Positions 38,440 to 52,719 are shown, numbered from the stretch's first letter. The stretch: 64,000 nucleotides of DNA from Eledone cirrhosa (GCA_964016885.1 OZ024753.1:33418001-33482000); one strand, 5' to 3'. Notes: a model not told the origin generated them from the sequence alone. A program made the numbers and translations.

Positions 38440-38800
38440 ATCCACCACCACTACCACCACCACTCCATGCACTACCACCACCACATCAATTAACACCACC
38501 AATACATGCATGGCAACCACCACCACATTGCCAACACCTCCACATCCACTACACTCACCAATACCACATCCACTACCCCACCACATCCACTACCCCCCCC
38601 CACTACATCCACTACCCCCACCACCACATATACTACCCACCAACACCACCACATATACTACCCACCAACACCACCACATCACTACAAACACCACCAATAC
38701 ATGCATGGCAACCACCACCACCACCACCACATACTACCCTACCAACAACGACCACCACCACCATATGCATCACTACAAACAACATATACACCACCACACT
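38440..38800. repeat. (CCA)n/(ACT)n low-complexity tract
   Basis: Direct inspection. Confidence 0.85.
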
Positions 38801-39239
38801 GTACCTCCTCCTCTCCCTCAATTTATTACCTAAACCTAAACAGATGTTTCTATCAGACATGTCCACTAAATGCTTAATTACGTTAAATAATTAATAAATC
38901 AATATTTTAATTACACTTCATTTATATGCGATTTATTTGTTTGTACCTTATTTTAATGAATATTCCATTTAACAAACTATTGTTATTTATCTTTCACTCA
39001 CTCCTCCCTTTCACTCTTGTTCCCCTTTCACTCTCCCTCCTTGAAATGAATAAAACATATTTATTAGAGGATCTTATAGAATTTGAAATCAATGGCGTTG
39101 TTGGATCTTTTTCTATTACAGTCTTACTTAGAAAATTACTTGTTTCTACTTTTGGCACAAGACCAGCAAATTACCCAGTGCATTACTGGTACTTTATTTT
39201 ATTGACCTCCTTAGAAAATTAATGTGTATAGCCTAGTGG

Positions 39240-39325
39240 TTAAGGTGTTGATCTTAAGGTGTTGATCTTAAGGTGTTGATCTTAAGGTGTTGATCTTAAG
39301 GTGTTGATCTTAAGGTGTTGATCTT
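39240..39325. repeat. 14-bp tandem repeat (ttaaggtgttgatc) x6 inside an old SINE head
   Basis: Lies between A-box tagcctagtggtt and B-box gagtttgatcc. Confidence 0.9.
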
Positions 39326-40039
39326 GAGTTTGATCCACAATCCCAGTGGTGTATTGTATTGTGTTCTTGAACAATTCACTTCATTTTACGTTGTGGATAC
39401 AGCTTGGAGAAATGGTTAAAAAGCTGAGCTGACCTCTCAATCATTATTTCCTAGGTTTGATCCCATTGTGTGGCATCTTGGGCAAGTGTCTGTCACCATA
39501 ATCTAAGGTCAACCCAAGCATTGTCAGAGAAATTTGGTAGATGGAAATTGATTGAAGTCCATCAGACACGCCGTGTCATGCTGAATTTCTCTGGGAGTTT
39601 AAGGTACACATGTCTGTTCAATGCTATGCCCAGTCACTTATACATTAATTTCATAAGCAGGTTATTTTATTGATCAAATAACAAAAACATTCCCCATCTA
39701 AAGTGAGGAGAAGGAGGAGCATGCATCAACTTTTGCAGTTTATCCCAAACTGACAAGACCAGGGCATATGAGATGTGGGGTGTTTAGTGGTTACATCACA
39801 CCCATATATATATATAAGATTACCTGGAAGTTCCAGTCTCACAAGGGTCTATAAGAGGTTGGTGGTGCACGTGCACATAATAAATGGGTTTATCCATAAA
39901 TTTCTACAAAAATCTGATGAAGACTTGCATTTGCAAGAAACTCTATACCTTACTAATAAAAAAATTCTAATTGAGGCACGTGGGTGAGACTGATGTTCAG
40001 TCTTAACTTCTGTAGAGAATTCCAGAAGGTTGTAGTTGT

Positions 40040-40260
40040 GGGGAATAAGGATTGGTTGAAGTATTTTATACAATGGATTGTATAAAACCAACCAGCAAGA
40101 GACCCAGGGGTAGACCCCGAGCAAGATGGTTGGTCACGCTTGGGGATCCAGGCAGATTAGTTTGGGATAGTTGCTTCTGACAGGACCTGCTGGAAGGAGT
40201 ATGTGAGGACTCTGCCATCATGACCCTCTCAGGAATAAGTGGGCGAAGCAGAAGAAGGTT
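40040..40260 (+). mobile_element. Degraded RTE 3' fragment
   Basis: KRPRGRPRARW...VASDRTCWKEYV; (GAA)-like tail. Confidence 0.55.
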
Positions 40261-40919
40261 TGAGAAGAGGAGGCATGGTAAAGATAATTGTCTGAAGTGT
40301 TACATAGTGGAATTGATCCTGGAAACAATGCTACTCCAGTAATTGAATACTATAGACATAAATAATTAATTCTAAATTAATTATAATTCATATAAATTTA
40401 ATTATAAAATCTATATTTAATTATAAATATAATTTAATATTTAATCATGAAAATAATTATCTTGAAAACCATCTCAGTTTATTGTATATGAAACACAAAC
40501 GCGTCATTGACGTGGTGCAGTGATATTGGTCTGATACCAGACTAAAACCCGTCTGGTATAAGGTAACAACCATCGTCGCTACTATATGGCTGTTTGACCT
40601 ACTAGAAATAGCAGCCAAATCTCTCTCAAATCACACCCTACTTTATTGAATATGGAAACAACGTTATCATAAACTGATTTATTGGAATGGTGTTCTCATG
40701 AAAGGGTTAATCAATAGAAGAAAGGTGGGATTGAACTTGGATTCTATGGATTGAATCTTGTGAAACATCTAAATCTATGTCAGCTTGTTATTTCATAACC
40801 AATCAGCAGGAATCAGATTTATTGATCAATCAATATTGAACTGACAAAGGTATTGTTTTAAAAGGTGGTGAGAGAGAAAGACAACATTTTATTGGTTATT
40901 GATCCATGGCCCCCTATCA

Positions 40920-41330
40920 AACACACATGATAGAACACAATGATAGAACACACACACATGATAGAACACACACACACATGCTAGAACACACACACATGAT
41001 AGAACACACACACACACGATAGAACACACACACACACATGCTAGAACATACACATGATAGAACACACACACAATGATAGAACACACACATGATAAAACAA
41101 TAGAATACACACACACACATGATAGAACACACACACACACACACACACATGATAGAACACACATATGCACACACATGATAAAACAATAGAATACACACAC
41201 ACACACACATGATAGAACACAAACACACATGATAGAATACACACAAACACATGATAGAACACACACACACACACACACACATGATAGAACACACATATGC
41301 ACACACATGATAAAACACACACAAACACAT
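40920..41330. repeat. (CA)n-tgatagaa minisatellite
   Basis: More than 15 copies. Confidence 0.9.
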
Positions 41331-41621
41331 ATTGCAAGTCCCATATGAAGTTGTGCAAATATGTTTTATAGAAATATATGGGAATATGCAACATGTAAAA
41401 TTCTCTCTCTCTCTCTCTCGCTCTCTCTTCATATTTGTGTATGTATTCTTTCATTTTTCTATTTCCAATAATTTCTCCCAGTTTGATTCCCCCTCCAAGA
41501 AAAATAAGACAATAGCGAGCAAAAATCTACAGTAAAGAAGAGAAAACATTTAGAAATATTAACAAAGTCACTGGGTTACAATTAATTTCCATCACTTCTC
41601 TCATCTTGTCACATTTATCCT

Positions 41622-41958
41622 TCCTCATCACATGACCTAGCTATCTCATTCCATTTCTTTTCACCACATTCAACACTGGCTCTATTCCTCTCCTCGTCTA
41701 GTCACATCTATCCTTCCTCAGCACATGACCCAACCATCTCATTCCGTAACATTCAGCACTGGCTTTATTCCTCTTATCCAGTCACTTTTATCATATCTCA
41801 TCACATGACCCAGCTATCTCCTTCCATTTCTTTTCACCACATTCAACACTGGCTCTATTCCTCTCCTCGTCTAGTCACATCTATCCTTCCTCAGCACATG
41901 ACCCAACCATCTCATTCTGTAACATTCAACACTGGCTCTGTTCCTCTCATCCAGTCAC
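41622..41958. repeat. 173-bp tandem duplication
   Basis: catgacc at 41631 and 41804 start near-identical blocks. Confidence 0.85.
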
Positions 41959-42291
41959 ACCATTCACTTCCACCCAGCATCCATCATAATCTTTATCATC
42001 ATCATCATCATCATCACCACTGTATTATGTCCATTTTCCATGCTTGCATGGATCAGAGGGGCTATCATGTTCTGATATTAGACTACTCCGAGGATTTTGT
42101 CATGCTCATACATTCCATCTGCCATGTTTTCTATGACTGGATACCTTTCCAAATACCAACCACTTCACGGCATGTACACCACCACACCACCACTCCACTA
42201 TTTCACACCATCCAATACCTAACCAACTTAGATCAACGTAAACCAATAGCACCCCACCAGTCATACCATCCATTCTAATACCATCATTGTA

Positions 42292-42940
42292 TAATATCCA
42301 ACACCACACCACCATTCCATACCATCCAACACCATACCACCATTCCATACCATCCAACACAAGACCACCATTCCATACCATCCAACACCACCATTCCATA
42401 CCATCCAACACCACACCACCATTCCATACCATCCAACACCATCCAACACCACACCACCATTCCATACCATCCAACACCGCACCACCATACCATACCATCC
42501 AACACCACACCACCATTCCATACCATCCAACACCGCACCACCATTCCATACCATCCAATACCGCACCACCATACCATACCATCCAACACCATTCCATACC
42601 ATCCAACACAAGACCACCATTCCATACCATCCAACACCACCATTCCATACCATCCAACACCATCCAACACCACACCACCATTCCATACCATCCAACACCA
42701 TCCAACACCACACCACCATTCCATACCATCCAATACCGCACCACCATACCATACCATCCAACACCACACCACCATTCCATACCATCCAACACCGCACCAC
42801 CATTCCATACCATCCAATACCGCACCACCATACCATATCATCCACCACCATTCCATACCATCCAACACCACACCACCATTCCATACCATCCAACACCGCA
42901 CCACCATTCCATACCATCCAACACCGCACCACCATTCCAT
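42292..42940. repeat. Pentamer-based satellite (CCATT CCATA CCATC CAACA)
   Basis: More than 20 units of 20-28 bp. Confidence 0.95.
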
Positions 42941-43154
42941 ATCAATATTTCTTTACCGATATTTCATTATTTAACAAAAAATTAACTAAAACAAATTGAG
43001 ACATTTTTAAATTTTTAATTCAATTTTTTGTTAATTTTTCTTTACGTATTTTTCATAATTTGTCACCTCTGTCTGTGATATGTGGCACAGTTGTTACTGA
43101 CACTACCTCTCATAGAACTCTACTACCAGTAGCATCATTAACAGCACTGCAGCC

Positions 43155-44190
43155 CTACCACCACCACCACCACCACTGGCACCACCATCGCCACCACTGG
43201 CACCACCATCACCACCACCACTAGCAACACCATCACCACCACTAGTGTCACTAGTACCACCAGCACCACCACAAACACCACCATGGTATCACCAACAGCA
43301 CCACCATCACCACCATCACCACCACTAGCATCACCATCACCACCACTGGCATCACTAGTACCACCAGCACCACAAAGACCACCATCACCACCACTAGCAT
43401 CACCATCACCACCACTGGCGTCACTAGTACCACCAGCACCACAAAGACCACCATCACCACCACTAGCATCACCATCACCACGACTGGCGTCACTAGTACC
43501 ACCACCACCAGCACCACCACAAACACCACCATGGCATCACCAACAGCACCACTGGCATCACCAACAGCACCACTGGCATCACCAACAGCACCACTAGCAA
43601 CACCATCACCACCACTAGCATCACCATCACCACGACTGGCGTCACTAGTACCACCACCACCAGCACCACCACAAACACCACCATGGCATCACCAACAGCA
43701 CCACTGGCATCACCAACAGCACCACTGGCATCACCAACAGCACCACTAGCAACACCATCACCACCACTAGCATCACCATCACCACGACTGGCGTCACTAG
43801 TACCACCACCACCAGCACCACCACAAACACCACCATGGCATCACCAACAGCACCACTGGCATCACCAACAGCACCACTGGCATCACCAACAGCACCACTA
43901 GCAACACCATCACCACCACTAGCATCACCATCACCACGACTGGCGTCACTAGTACCACCACCACCAGCACCACCACAAACACCACCATGGCATCACCAAC
44001 AGCACCACTGGCATCACCAACAGCACCACTGGCATCACCAACAGCACCACTAGCAACACCATCACCACCACTAGCAACACCATCACCACCACTGGCAACA
44101 CCATCACCACCACTAGCAACACCACTGGCGTCACTAGTACCAGCAGCACCACAGCTACAACCATGGTATCACTGGCAACACCACTACTTC
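43155..44190. repeat. (CCA)-derived minisatellite with 152-bp higher-order period
   Basis: Near-identical ORFs start at 43531, 43683, 43835, 43987. Confidence 0.95.
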
Positions 44191-44711
44191 TGTCATCTCT
44201 ATCACTAGTATTACTACCTCCTTCATAAGCTCAACTAATACTAATTCTACAATCATACCACCCCCCACCACCACCACCACCACCAACAACAGTTACTATA
44301 CTGTGATTCTTATTACTGCTACAACAAACACTACTACATCTATTGCAACACATCACCTGCATCACCACCACAACATCATATACAGATTTTACATGGCAGT
44401 AACAAAAACAAACATAACCACTTAATCAAAACTGTCAACAACAATACAAATTATAACACCACTTCCATAACCTACATCACATCAACTAAAACTATGCCTG
44501 GTTTCACTGTACTGTGCCAAATCTTTATTGAACCAAGGTGAAAGTTTCTAGTAAGCCAATCATCACCGTCAACATCTATCATTGTTTTCTCAGCTATCAA
44601 GTGTTGGACATATCACAGACCAGTCAGTATTAGAGTCACATTTCGACCTCCAGGTGAGCCAGATGCCTAGCATATGACCCCCACACTAATGTGCATTTTA
44701 TCATGGCATTG

Positions 44712-44897
44712 GTGAATTGGCAGTATCGGTAGAGAGTTGGACGCCATGCTTTGCAGCATAGTTACGTCCCTTTACGATCTGAGTTCAAATCCCGCCGAGG
44801 TTAACTTTGCCTTTCATCCTTACGGGGGTCGATAAAATAAAGTACCAGTAATGTACTGGGTAATTACTGGCCTTGTGCCAAAAGTAGAAACAATTAA
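44712..44897 (+). mobile_element. SINE S2
   Basis: Full-length match. Confidence 0.85.
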
Positions 44898-46389
44898 TGT
44901 TAGAAGAGTTCATAGAATAATGAGAAGAACTCAATGCAAAAAAGCTGTTAAAAGTGTTGAGTAAAATTTACCCTTAAGGACAGAAATCAGTGGATAGAAG
45001 TGTGTTGATCAGTGGCTATAAGTGATAAGAAGAAAGGAGAAGAAGAACATGGACGAGACAAGATCTCACAAACATTTTATATACATCATCAGCTCTTGTC
45101 ATGTCTTTGACAAAAGTGAAGAATCTTTCCAACCTTTTGTTTGGCAGTTTTGTATGGCTGGATGCCATTCTTATCACCAATTACTTTACAGAGTGTACTG
45201 AGTGCCAAGGTATAAATTTTTATAAAGCCATGAGCAGGGGGTTGTATCACTAACAATTATGTCAATGAGGAAACCTCTATGAATTCTCCTGCTAGTAATA
45301 ATAGCCAAGTCTCCCCTAAAATTGACCATACTCTCTTAATAAAAAAAAGAACAGTGTCAGAATATAAAATCCAAAATATCATCGAACATAAATTTACTGC
45401 GTCAAGTTTGACCTGGAAGTAAACTGCAACAGTAGCAACAACAACTGCAGCCGAGGCAGTTAGAAATTTATCACCCTCAACAATATGTCAATTAATTTTC
45501 TAATAAATGTTTATAAATGTTTTGTTGACCCACAATAAAAATATGACCATCAATAACTCTGATGAGAAATGAGAAATTTTGCTTCAACACAACCACATGT
45601 TAATTCTAAACACCAGATGCCACACAGTTCATCTGACCTATGTTCCTTAGCTAACTATATTAGACAAAATATCAGCTTCCAATTCAATATATGGTAATTA
45701 GAACTATATATATCTTAATATATATGGCAGCGAATTTATAGAATTGTTAGAATGTTGGGTAGAATGCTTTGTGGTATTCATTCTTATTCTCTACGTTTTG
45801 AGTTCAAATCCCACTGATGTAAACTTTGCTATTTTTCCTTTCCAAGTCAATACAAATAGTACAACTCCAGTACGAGGATTGATTCTCCTATATATATTTT
45901 TCACTTCCTCTCTATCACTTTCTTTTTCCTCTGAAAGAAACTTGTTATATCAAGACCTGGGGAGAGATAGATTCTGCCATGTTCAAAATGCCCAAGACAT
46001 TTGTATATCAGTTCTACAACTCCAGCAGTCTTACGACTACAGCAGTCCTACGACTCCATCCAGAGTTACAGGTTCAGGCATATATAAATGTGATTACATT
46101 CAGCAAGTGGTGATTATGTGAGCCCTCTAATATGGTGCTAACTTGGCCTGTAATGTCCTTTCCAACCAATACTAGCATGGAAAAATAAGCTTAAAATGCT
46201 GCTACTGTTGATGCTGAGGATGATGATCATCATCGTTTAAGATATATTTTTCCCCGTTTACATGGGTTTGATGAGTTGTTATGTACTGAGCTTTGACAGG
46301 TCAGGTGACTGCATCTTGCTTGTATGCTCCGTTCTTTTGGCTTGGTTTCTATGGCTGGATGCCCTCCCTAATGCCAACCATTTTACTGT

Positions 46390-46682
46390 ATATACTAAGA
46401 GCATTTTATGATTCTGGCACTATCAACTTACAATATACACTGGGTTCTTTTTATCATAACACCAGAACTACCATATTGCAGTATGCACTGGGTGCTTTCT
46501 ATCATTACACCCGCACTACCACATTGCAGTATGCACTGGGTGCTTTCTATCATTACACCCGCACTACCACATTGCAGTATGCACTGGGTGCTTTTTGTCA
46601 TAACACCTGTACTACCACATTGCAGTATTCACTAGGTGCTTTTTATCATAACACCAGCACTATCACTTTACAGAGTAGACTT
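46390..46682. repeat. 48-bp tandem repeat, about 6 copies, within a SINE-like remnant
   Basis: cactgggtgctttctatcattacacccgcactaccacattgcagtatg. Confidence 0.85.
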
Positions 46683-46707
46683 GGTGTAATTCTATTGAGA
46701 TAATAAT

Positions 46708-46892
46708 TGTTTCTACGTTAGGCACAAGGCCAGCAATTACCCAGTGTATTACTGGTACTTTATTTTATCGACCCCGTAAGGATGAAAGGCAAAGTTAACC
46801 TCGGCGGGATTTGAACTCAGAATGGCAAGGGTCATAACTCTATGCGTCAAAGCATGGCGTCCGACCCTCTACCAATACTGCCAATCCACCGC
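46708..46892 (-). mobile_element. SINE S2
   Basis: 18-bp TSD ttctattgagataataat at 46690-46707 and 46893-46910. Confidence 0.9.
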
Positions 46893-48780
46893 TTCTATTG
46901 AGATAATAATGAGGAAGTATTGATGGGACTGAGGAGAAGTCCTACTACCATCATGAGAAAGGATGAAAATGATGATAAACCTATGTAATTGTTTGTTTGT
47001 ATATTCATTTTTAAAACCAATATTGACTCCTGGTGGAATAATAAATGATAAAGCCAAGTCTGGCAGAATTTCAATTCACATAAATAAATATTTTTTCAAC
47101 AAATTCATTGCTAGTGTTCTTTTTTGTTTTGTGATAATATAAGTCATATTCTGTTTTATTGGTTCTTGTTCATTATTACTGAGATGTGTGAATGCTATGA
47201 ATCTCATTAAGATAGAAAGCAATAATAATAATAAATAAATAAATAAAATAAATAAATAAACAAATAATTAATTAAATAAATAAATGAATGAATAAATAAA
47301 AATTATTTTAAAAGCCAGTAGATTGTAAGTTAGAAATGAAGAAGTGAGAATTGGAGTAAAGTAAGATAAACAAAACAACAGTTTGCACTTCTACCTTATG
47401 TTTCATGGTATTTTGGGGTTATGACCACTTTATGAAAAGAAAATGGCATATGATGGTGGTATCAAGCAGGACCAAGATAATAGTTGACTCAAGTGAGAAA
47501 ATAGTAAACAATACCAGCATCATTAGCCATGAATTAGAAATCTTTTGTAGGATAAAATGTTTTACATTATTTGTTCTGATTCTGAGGGTGGTTGATTGGC
47601 AGTATCAGTAGATCATCGGACAATATGCTTTGCAACATAGAGTTACTGTCCTTTAAGCTCTGAGTTCAAACTCTAGTTTAGGGCAATATCTATTTTCACT
47701 GCCATTTCTATGATCGATATATTTAGATTCCTGTGAGAACTAATATGAATCTGAGATTTATTTATTAATTCTTTAACCCATTTATTACCAATCTGTCCAA
47801 AACCAGCTCTGGCTCTATGAAACAAAACTATCCATTTTAAAGGTTTTCTATTTAATTTGAAATTTTCCAACATAATTTTATATAAGAGCCATATGTGAAA
47901 TCATTTTCTTAATAATGAAAGAATAATTTTAATAAATCTTTCAGAATTCTTTATTAATTGCAATAGAGTGCTTTTCATTAGAAATATAGCCATAAAAAGG
48001 TTAATTCATTCAAGACATCCCCACTGAATTTATGAATTCTATTCATTGCCGACATCATTATTATCGTTGTCAACACCATCAATCATCATAATCAACATCA
48101 TTTTGTGACCATTTTCCATGCTGACTTGGGTTGGACAACTTTCTATACAATTATTTTTATTTTATTCCCTTTCAATTATTATTGTCATCCTCTTTTATTT
48201 CTATATATGATGCTTTTAACTTTTATCACTTTATGAAATGTTTAGTTTCAATTGATTAATTAGTATTCTAGGCATGCCTTTGAAAGGATTCAAGTTTCAA
48301 TGTCACCATCAACAGCAAGTGTTGTATTTTTCCTGCCTATCCAGTTCACCACTTAAGTGATTGTCACAGATGTTTATTGTAAAGAGTTAATGCACTGTGG
48401 AATCTAACACAGAACAACCATCAGAATGATATAAAACAATAGAATAATATAAAACAATCAAACATAAGATAATATGAAAGACATACACACACACACACAG
48501 AACAGTATTATAAACCATTCTTTAATATAATGGTGGCCTTACACTCAACTCTAAAGATAAAAAACTACTGAGAATATGTAGAATATACCAGGCAGGTGGT
48601 TTGGTGCCTGCATGTTTCTCTCTCATAAATAAATAAATAAATATATATATATATATATATGTAAAAGGTAAACAAAAATAAAAACACAGCACATTCTAGT
48701 TCACACTTTCTCATCAATCTCCAGTTGTTTGTTGGTCTCATTTGAATGCAGAGTGCAATTTAATTCCTATATATTATATT

Positions 48781-49865
48781 ACTGCAGAGGACATGCATAG
48801 ACTGGAGAGAAATGAAACAACCATGTTTCATTTGATGTGAAATCGAAGTGAGAGAGAAAGGCAAAGCTTGAACGAGCTGAAGGAGAAGCTCGGTTTAAGA
48901 GGAATCTAAAGTGGTGTGCTGGAGAGACGACTGCATTGACAAGGACATGTAATGCACATGTACAATGACTGATGGGTAAAGATATGCCAGGAAATCCCAG
49001 TGGAAGGAAGCTGCAGTAGAGGACAACCAAGGAAATCCTAGTGGAAGGAAGCTGCAGTAGAGGACGACCAAGGAAATCCTAGTGGAAGGAAGCTGCAGTA
49101 GAGGACGACCAAGGAAATCCTAGTGGAAGGAAGCTGCAGTAGAGGACGACCAAGGAAATCCTAGTGGAAGGAAGCTGCAGTAGAGGACGACCAAGGAAAT
49201 CCTAGTGGAAGGAAGCTGCAGTAGAGGACGACCAAGGAAATCCTAGTGGAAGAAAGCTGCAGTAGAGGACGACCAAGGAAATCCTAGTGGAAGGAAGCTG
49301 CAGTAGAGGACGACCAAGGAAATCCTAGTGGAAAGAAGCTGCAGTAGAGGACAACCAAGGAAATCCCAGTGGAAGGAAGCTGCAGTAGAGGACAACCAAG
49401 GAAATCCTAGTGGAAGGAAGCTGCAGTAGAGGATGACCAAGGAAATCCTAGTGGAAGGAAGCTGCAGTAGAGGACAACCAAGGAAATCATAGTGGAAGGA
49501 AGCTGCAGTAGAGGACAACCAAGGAAATCCTAGTGGAAGGAAGCTGCAGTAGAGGATGACCAAGGAAATCCCAGTGGAAGGAAGCTGCAGTGGAGGATGA
49601 CCAAGGAAATCCCAGTGGAAGGAAGCTGCAGTAGAGGACAACCAAGGAAATCCCAGTGGAAGGAAGCTGCAGTAGAGGACAACCAAGGAAGACCTCAGCA
49701 AAGGTTGTGAGGGCTGACCTCAAATCACTTAGACTGGCAGAGGAGATGACGAAGGAACGCGACAAGTGGAGATATGCCACACGGAGAAGGACCCATTTGA
49801 TCCATGCTAGCATGGAACAGCAGACATAAAAACGATGATGGTGGTGGTGGGGATGATGATGATGA
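48781..49865 (+). mobile_element. Degraded RTE 3' fragment containing a 41-bp array
   Basis: TAEDMHRLERNE.. start; DLKSLRLAEEMTKERDKWRYA end; tail atccatgctagcatggaa...(GAT)n. Confidence 0.85.
48990..49690 (+). repeat. 41-bp tandem repeat x17
   Basis: ggaaatcctagtggaaggaagctgcagtagaggacgaccaa at 48990, 49031, 49072, and onward. Confidence 0.95.
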
Positions 49866-50298
49866 TTATTAGTGGCTATAGATATTGATTATCTTCAGGA
49901 CTTGATAATGTAGACATAATCATAAGTTAGTCATATGCATCCAGTCTTTTAATTAGACATTATGTACATTGGACTGCATTATCTAATTTATGGTATAATA
50001 ATTAGTATTAATAACTATAGTTGTTGTTGATTATCAAAATCATTTCAATCATGACTATGCTTTTATTCTTGGGGGTGGGGCGATGTAAGGGACTACATTT
50101 TCTAGATTTAGAGTTTGATTTCAAACATAAGGTAATATGAAAGACACATACACACATACAGTATTATAAACCATTCTTCAATATAATGGTGACCTTACAC
50201 TCAACTCTAAACATAAAAAAACTATTGAGAAAATGTAGAATATACCAGGCAGGTGGTTTGGTGCGTCTCTCTCTCTCTCGCTCTCTCATATATATATA

Positions 50299-51046
50299 TG
50301 CAGGAGGGCGCTATAGAAGTGGTGGATAGCTTCCGGTACCTAGGAGATCAGATTAGCATGGGAGGAGGGTGTTCCGAGGCCATAGTATCTAGAATAAGGA
50401 CGGGTTGGAAGAAGTTTAGGGAGCTGCTTCCTCTGTTGACGAAGAAGGGTTTCTCCCTGCGTACGAAAGGCCGGTTGTATGATGCCTGTGTGAGGAGCGC
50501 GATGCTGCATGGTAGTGAGACATGGGCAGCAACTGCAGAGGATATGCGACGGCTGGAGAGAAATGAGGCAAGCATGCTCTGTTGGATGTGCAGTGTAAAT
50601 GTGCGTGAACGACCCAGCATAAATGTGTTGAGAGAGAAACTGTGTCTGAGAGGGATAGAATGTAGTGTACGGGAGAGGAGACTGAGGTAGTATGGACATG
50701 TGATGCGCATGGAGGATGACCGATGGGTGAAGAAGTGCCAGGAAATGCCAGTTGAAGGAAGACGTGGTAGAGGTAGACCACGAAAAACATGGGCAGAGGT
50801 GGTGAGTACAGACCTCAGATCATTGAAGCTCACGGTGGAGATGACGAAGGACCGTGACGAGTGGAGAGATGCTGTGCTGAATAAGACCCGTCCCACCCTT
50901 GCAAGCAGGGAAAAGCGGACGTAAAATGATGATGATGATGATGATGTATATGTGATGAAGGACCGTGACAAGTGGAGAGATGCTGTGCTGAATAGGACCC
51001 ATCCCACCCTTGCAAGCAGAGAAAAGCAGACGTAAAATGATGATGA
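50299..51046 (+). mobile_element. RTE family B 5'-truncated copy with duplicated 3' terminus
   Basis: EGAIEVVDSFRYLGD...RRLR*YGHV...NKTRPTLASREKRT*; (TGA)n; last ~90 bp repeated at 50954-51046. Confidence 0.95.
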
Positions 51047-52719
51047 TATGTATACGCATTGATTATCATCAAAACCCTTTCAATCAAGACTATGCTTCTT
51101 GGGGGGGGGGGGGGGAGATAATATCAGGAACTACATTTTCTAGATTTAGAGTTTGATTTCAGAGAGATTTTGGAATATCAAGTAGAACATGATATTCCAT
51201 AGTTGCCTACTCTCATTTGCTCATGAAATAGCAGAGAAAGATACTGGTGCATTGCCGTAATAAGATCTTCCAGTGATAGAGAGTTGCATGAGGGTCTGCT
51301 ATTGTAAAGATTGCTAAATTTAAGCTAACATCATCTATAAGGAAATAAATACTTTATTGCAAATCAAGACTGGTTTTATGAGTGACGTGTTTAGCATTAA
51401 AGTATTTTTTTATTTTCATTATATATTTATCATCATCATCATTTTAGATCCAGTTTCCATGCTGGTAGGTTTGGATAGGTTGTTACAGTTCGAGCCAGTT
51501 CTTATTTAGAGTTACTGCCCTCCTAGACAAGACAAAGAACCACATTTTGTTTCTATGTTCCAAATTTTGGAATGGTTTCTATGGCTAGATGCCCTTCCTA
51601 AAACCCTTACTGAGTGCATTTTATCATGACACCAACATAGGGGCTAGCAAAATAGTCTTCTCCACTTTATATAGTATCTGTTCTTTCAATACAAAAGTCC
51701 CCGAAGCATATTATTTGAAGGGGAGCAATGGCCCTATGGTTAAACAAGAAACAAGTGTGAATATGATTATTAAATAGAGAAGAGCTGGGTAACCAGATGG
51801 TAAAGGATAGAAAGGAAGAGACAATGGTTGCTACATGCTGCTCATTGGTAGGAAGGTAGTTGAGCAACGGGAATGTGTCATGGAAGGAGAAAAAGCAAGT
51901 GATAGATAGCAATAGAGAAGTGGGATATAAAATTAACCATATATGGTGTCTTACTCAAGAAATCTCTCACCCCAGCCCTACCTTGATAATTCTAGATATT
52001 TTAAAATTAGAAACCATTAATGGCTATAAATATAAAAATACACTGAAGTTTCAAACATTTTGGTCTTAATCTATAATCGTAACTTATATATGACAAATGT
52101 TTCAGAGTTATCTGCAAAAAATTACTATGTTCAGTCTATATACAGTATCAACACCAAGAAAAGACTGTTAGCAGACTTCTGTTTCTTAAAACTAGAACAT
52201 TCTGTCAGTAAATGTCAGAAGGCCCTCATCTGTTTCTTGTTTCAAAATCACAAGTATTTTTACTTCAATCTTCAACGAGTTGGAAGAATAGGAGTTGTCT
52301 TATTCTTTTAATCTAATATTCCTTGGTTGGTTTCAGTCATTGGATTGTGGTCATACTGCAGCACTGCCTCCAAAGGTTTTAGTGCATCACATTGACTTTG
52401 CAAATGTTTTTGTACTGTATTATCGACAACCTACTGATGTTTATAAAATATCCTACCAATTTAGTACTGGAGTCAATATAATTTACTTCCCCCTCCCGAT
52501 ACATTGCTGGCCTTGTGGCTGGAAAGAAAACAGAAAGCAGTAAATTTGCAGAATCATACAAAATGCTTTGCAGTATTTAGTTATGGTCCTTTACATTCTG
52601 AGTTCAAATCACACCAAGGTGAACTTTGCCTTTCCTCCTACAGTGGATAAAATAAAATAAATATTGGATTGACATGATTAACTGTTTCCTGTCCCATCCC
52701 AAGTTTCTGATCTCATGCC

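Noticed and set aside
42106-44208. W/G/V-rich and P/S/T-rich mucin-like ORFs
   Set aside because: Satellite DNA, open in many frames; periods not multiples of 3; no splice context.
48990-49690. CRISPR-like regular repeats (also 17249-18112)
   Set aside because: No unique spacers, head-to-tail units derived from RTE sequence, eukaryotic context, no cas genes.
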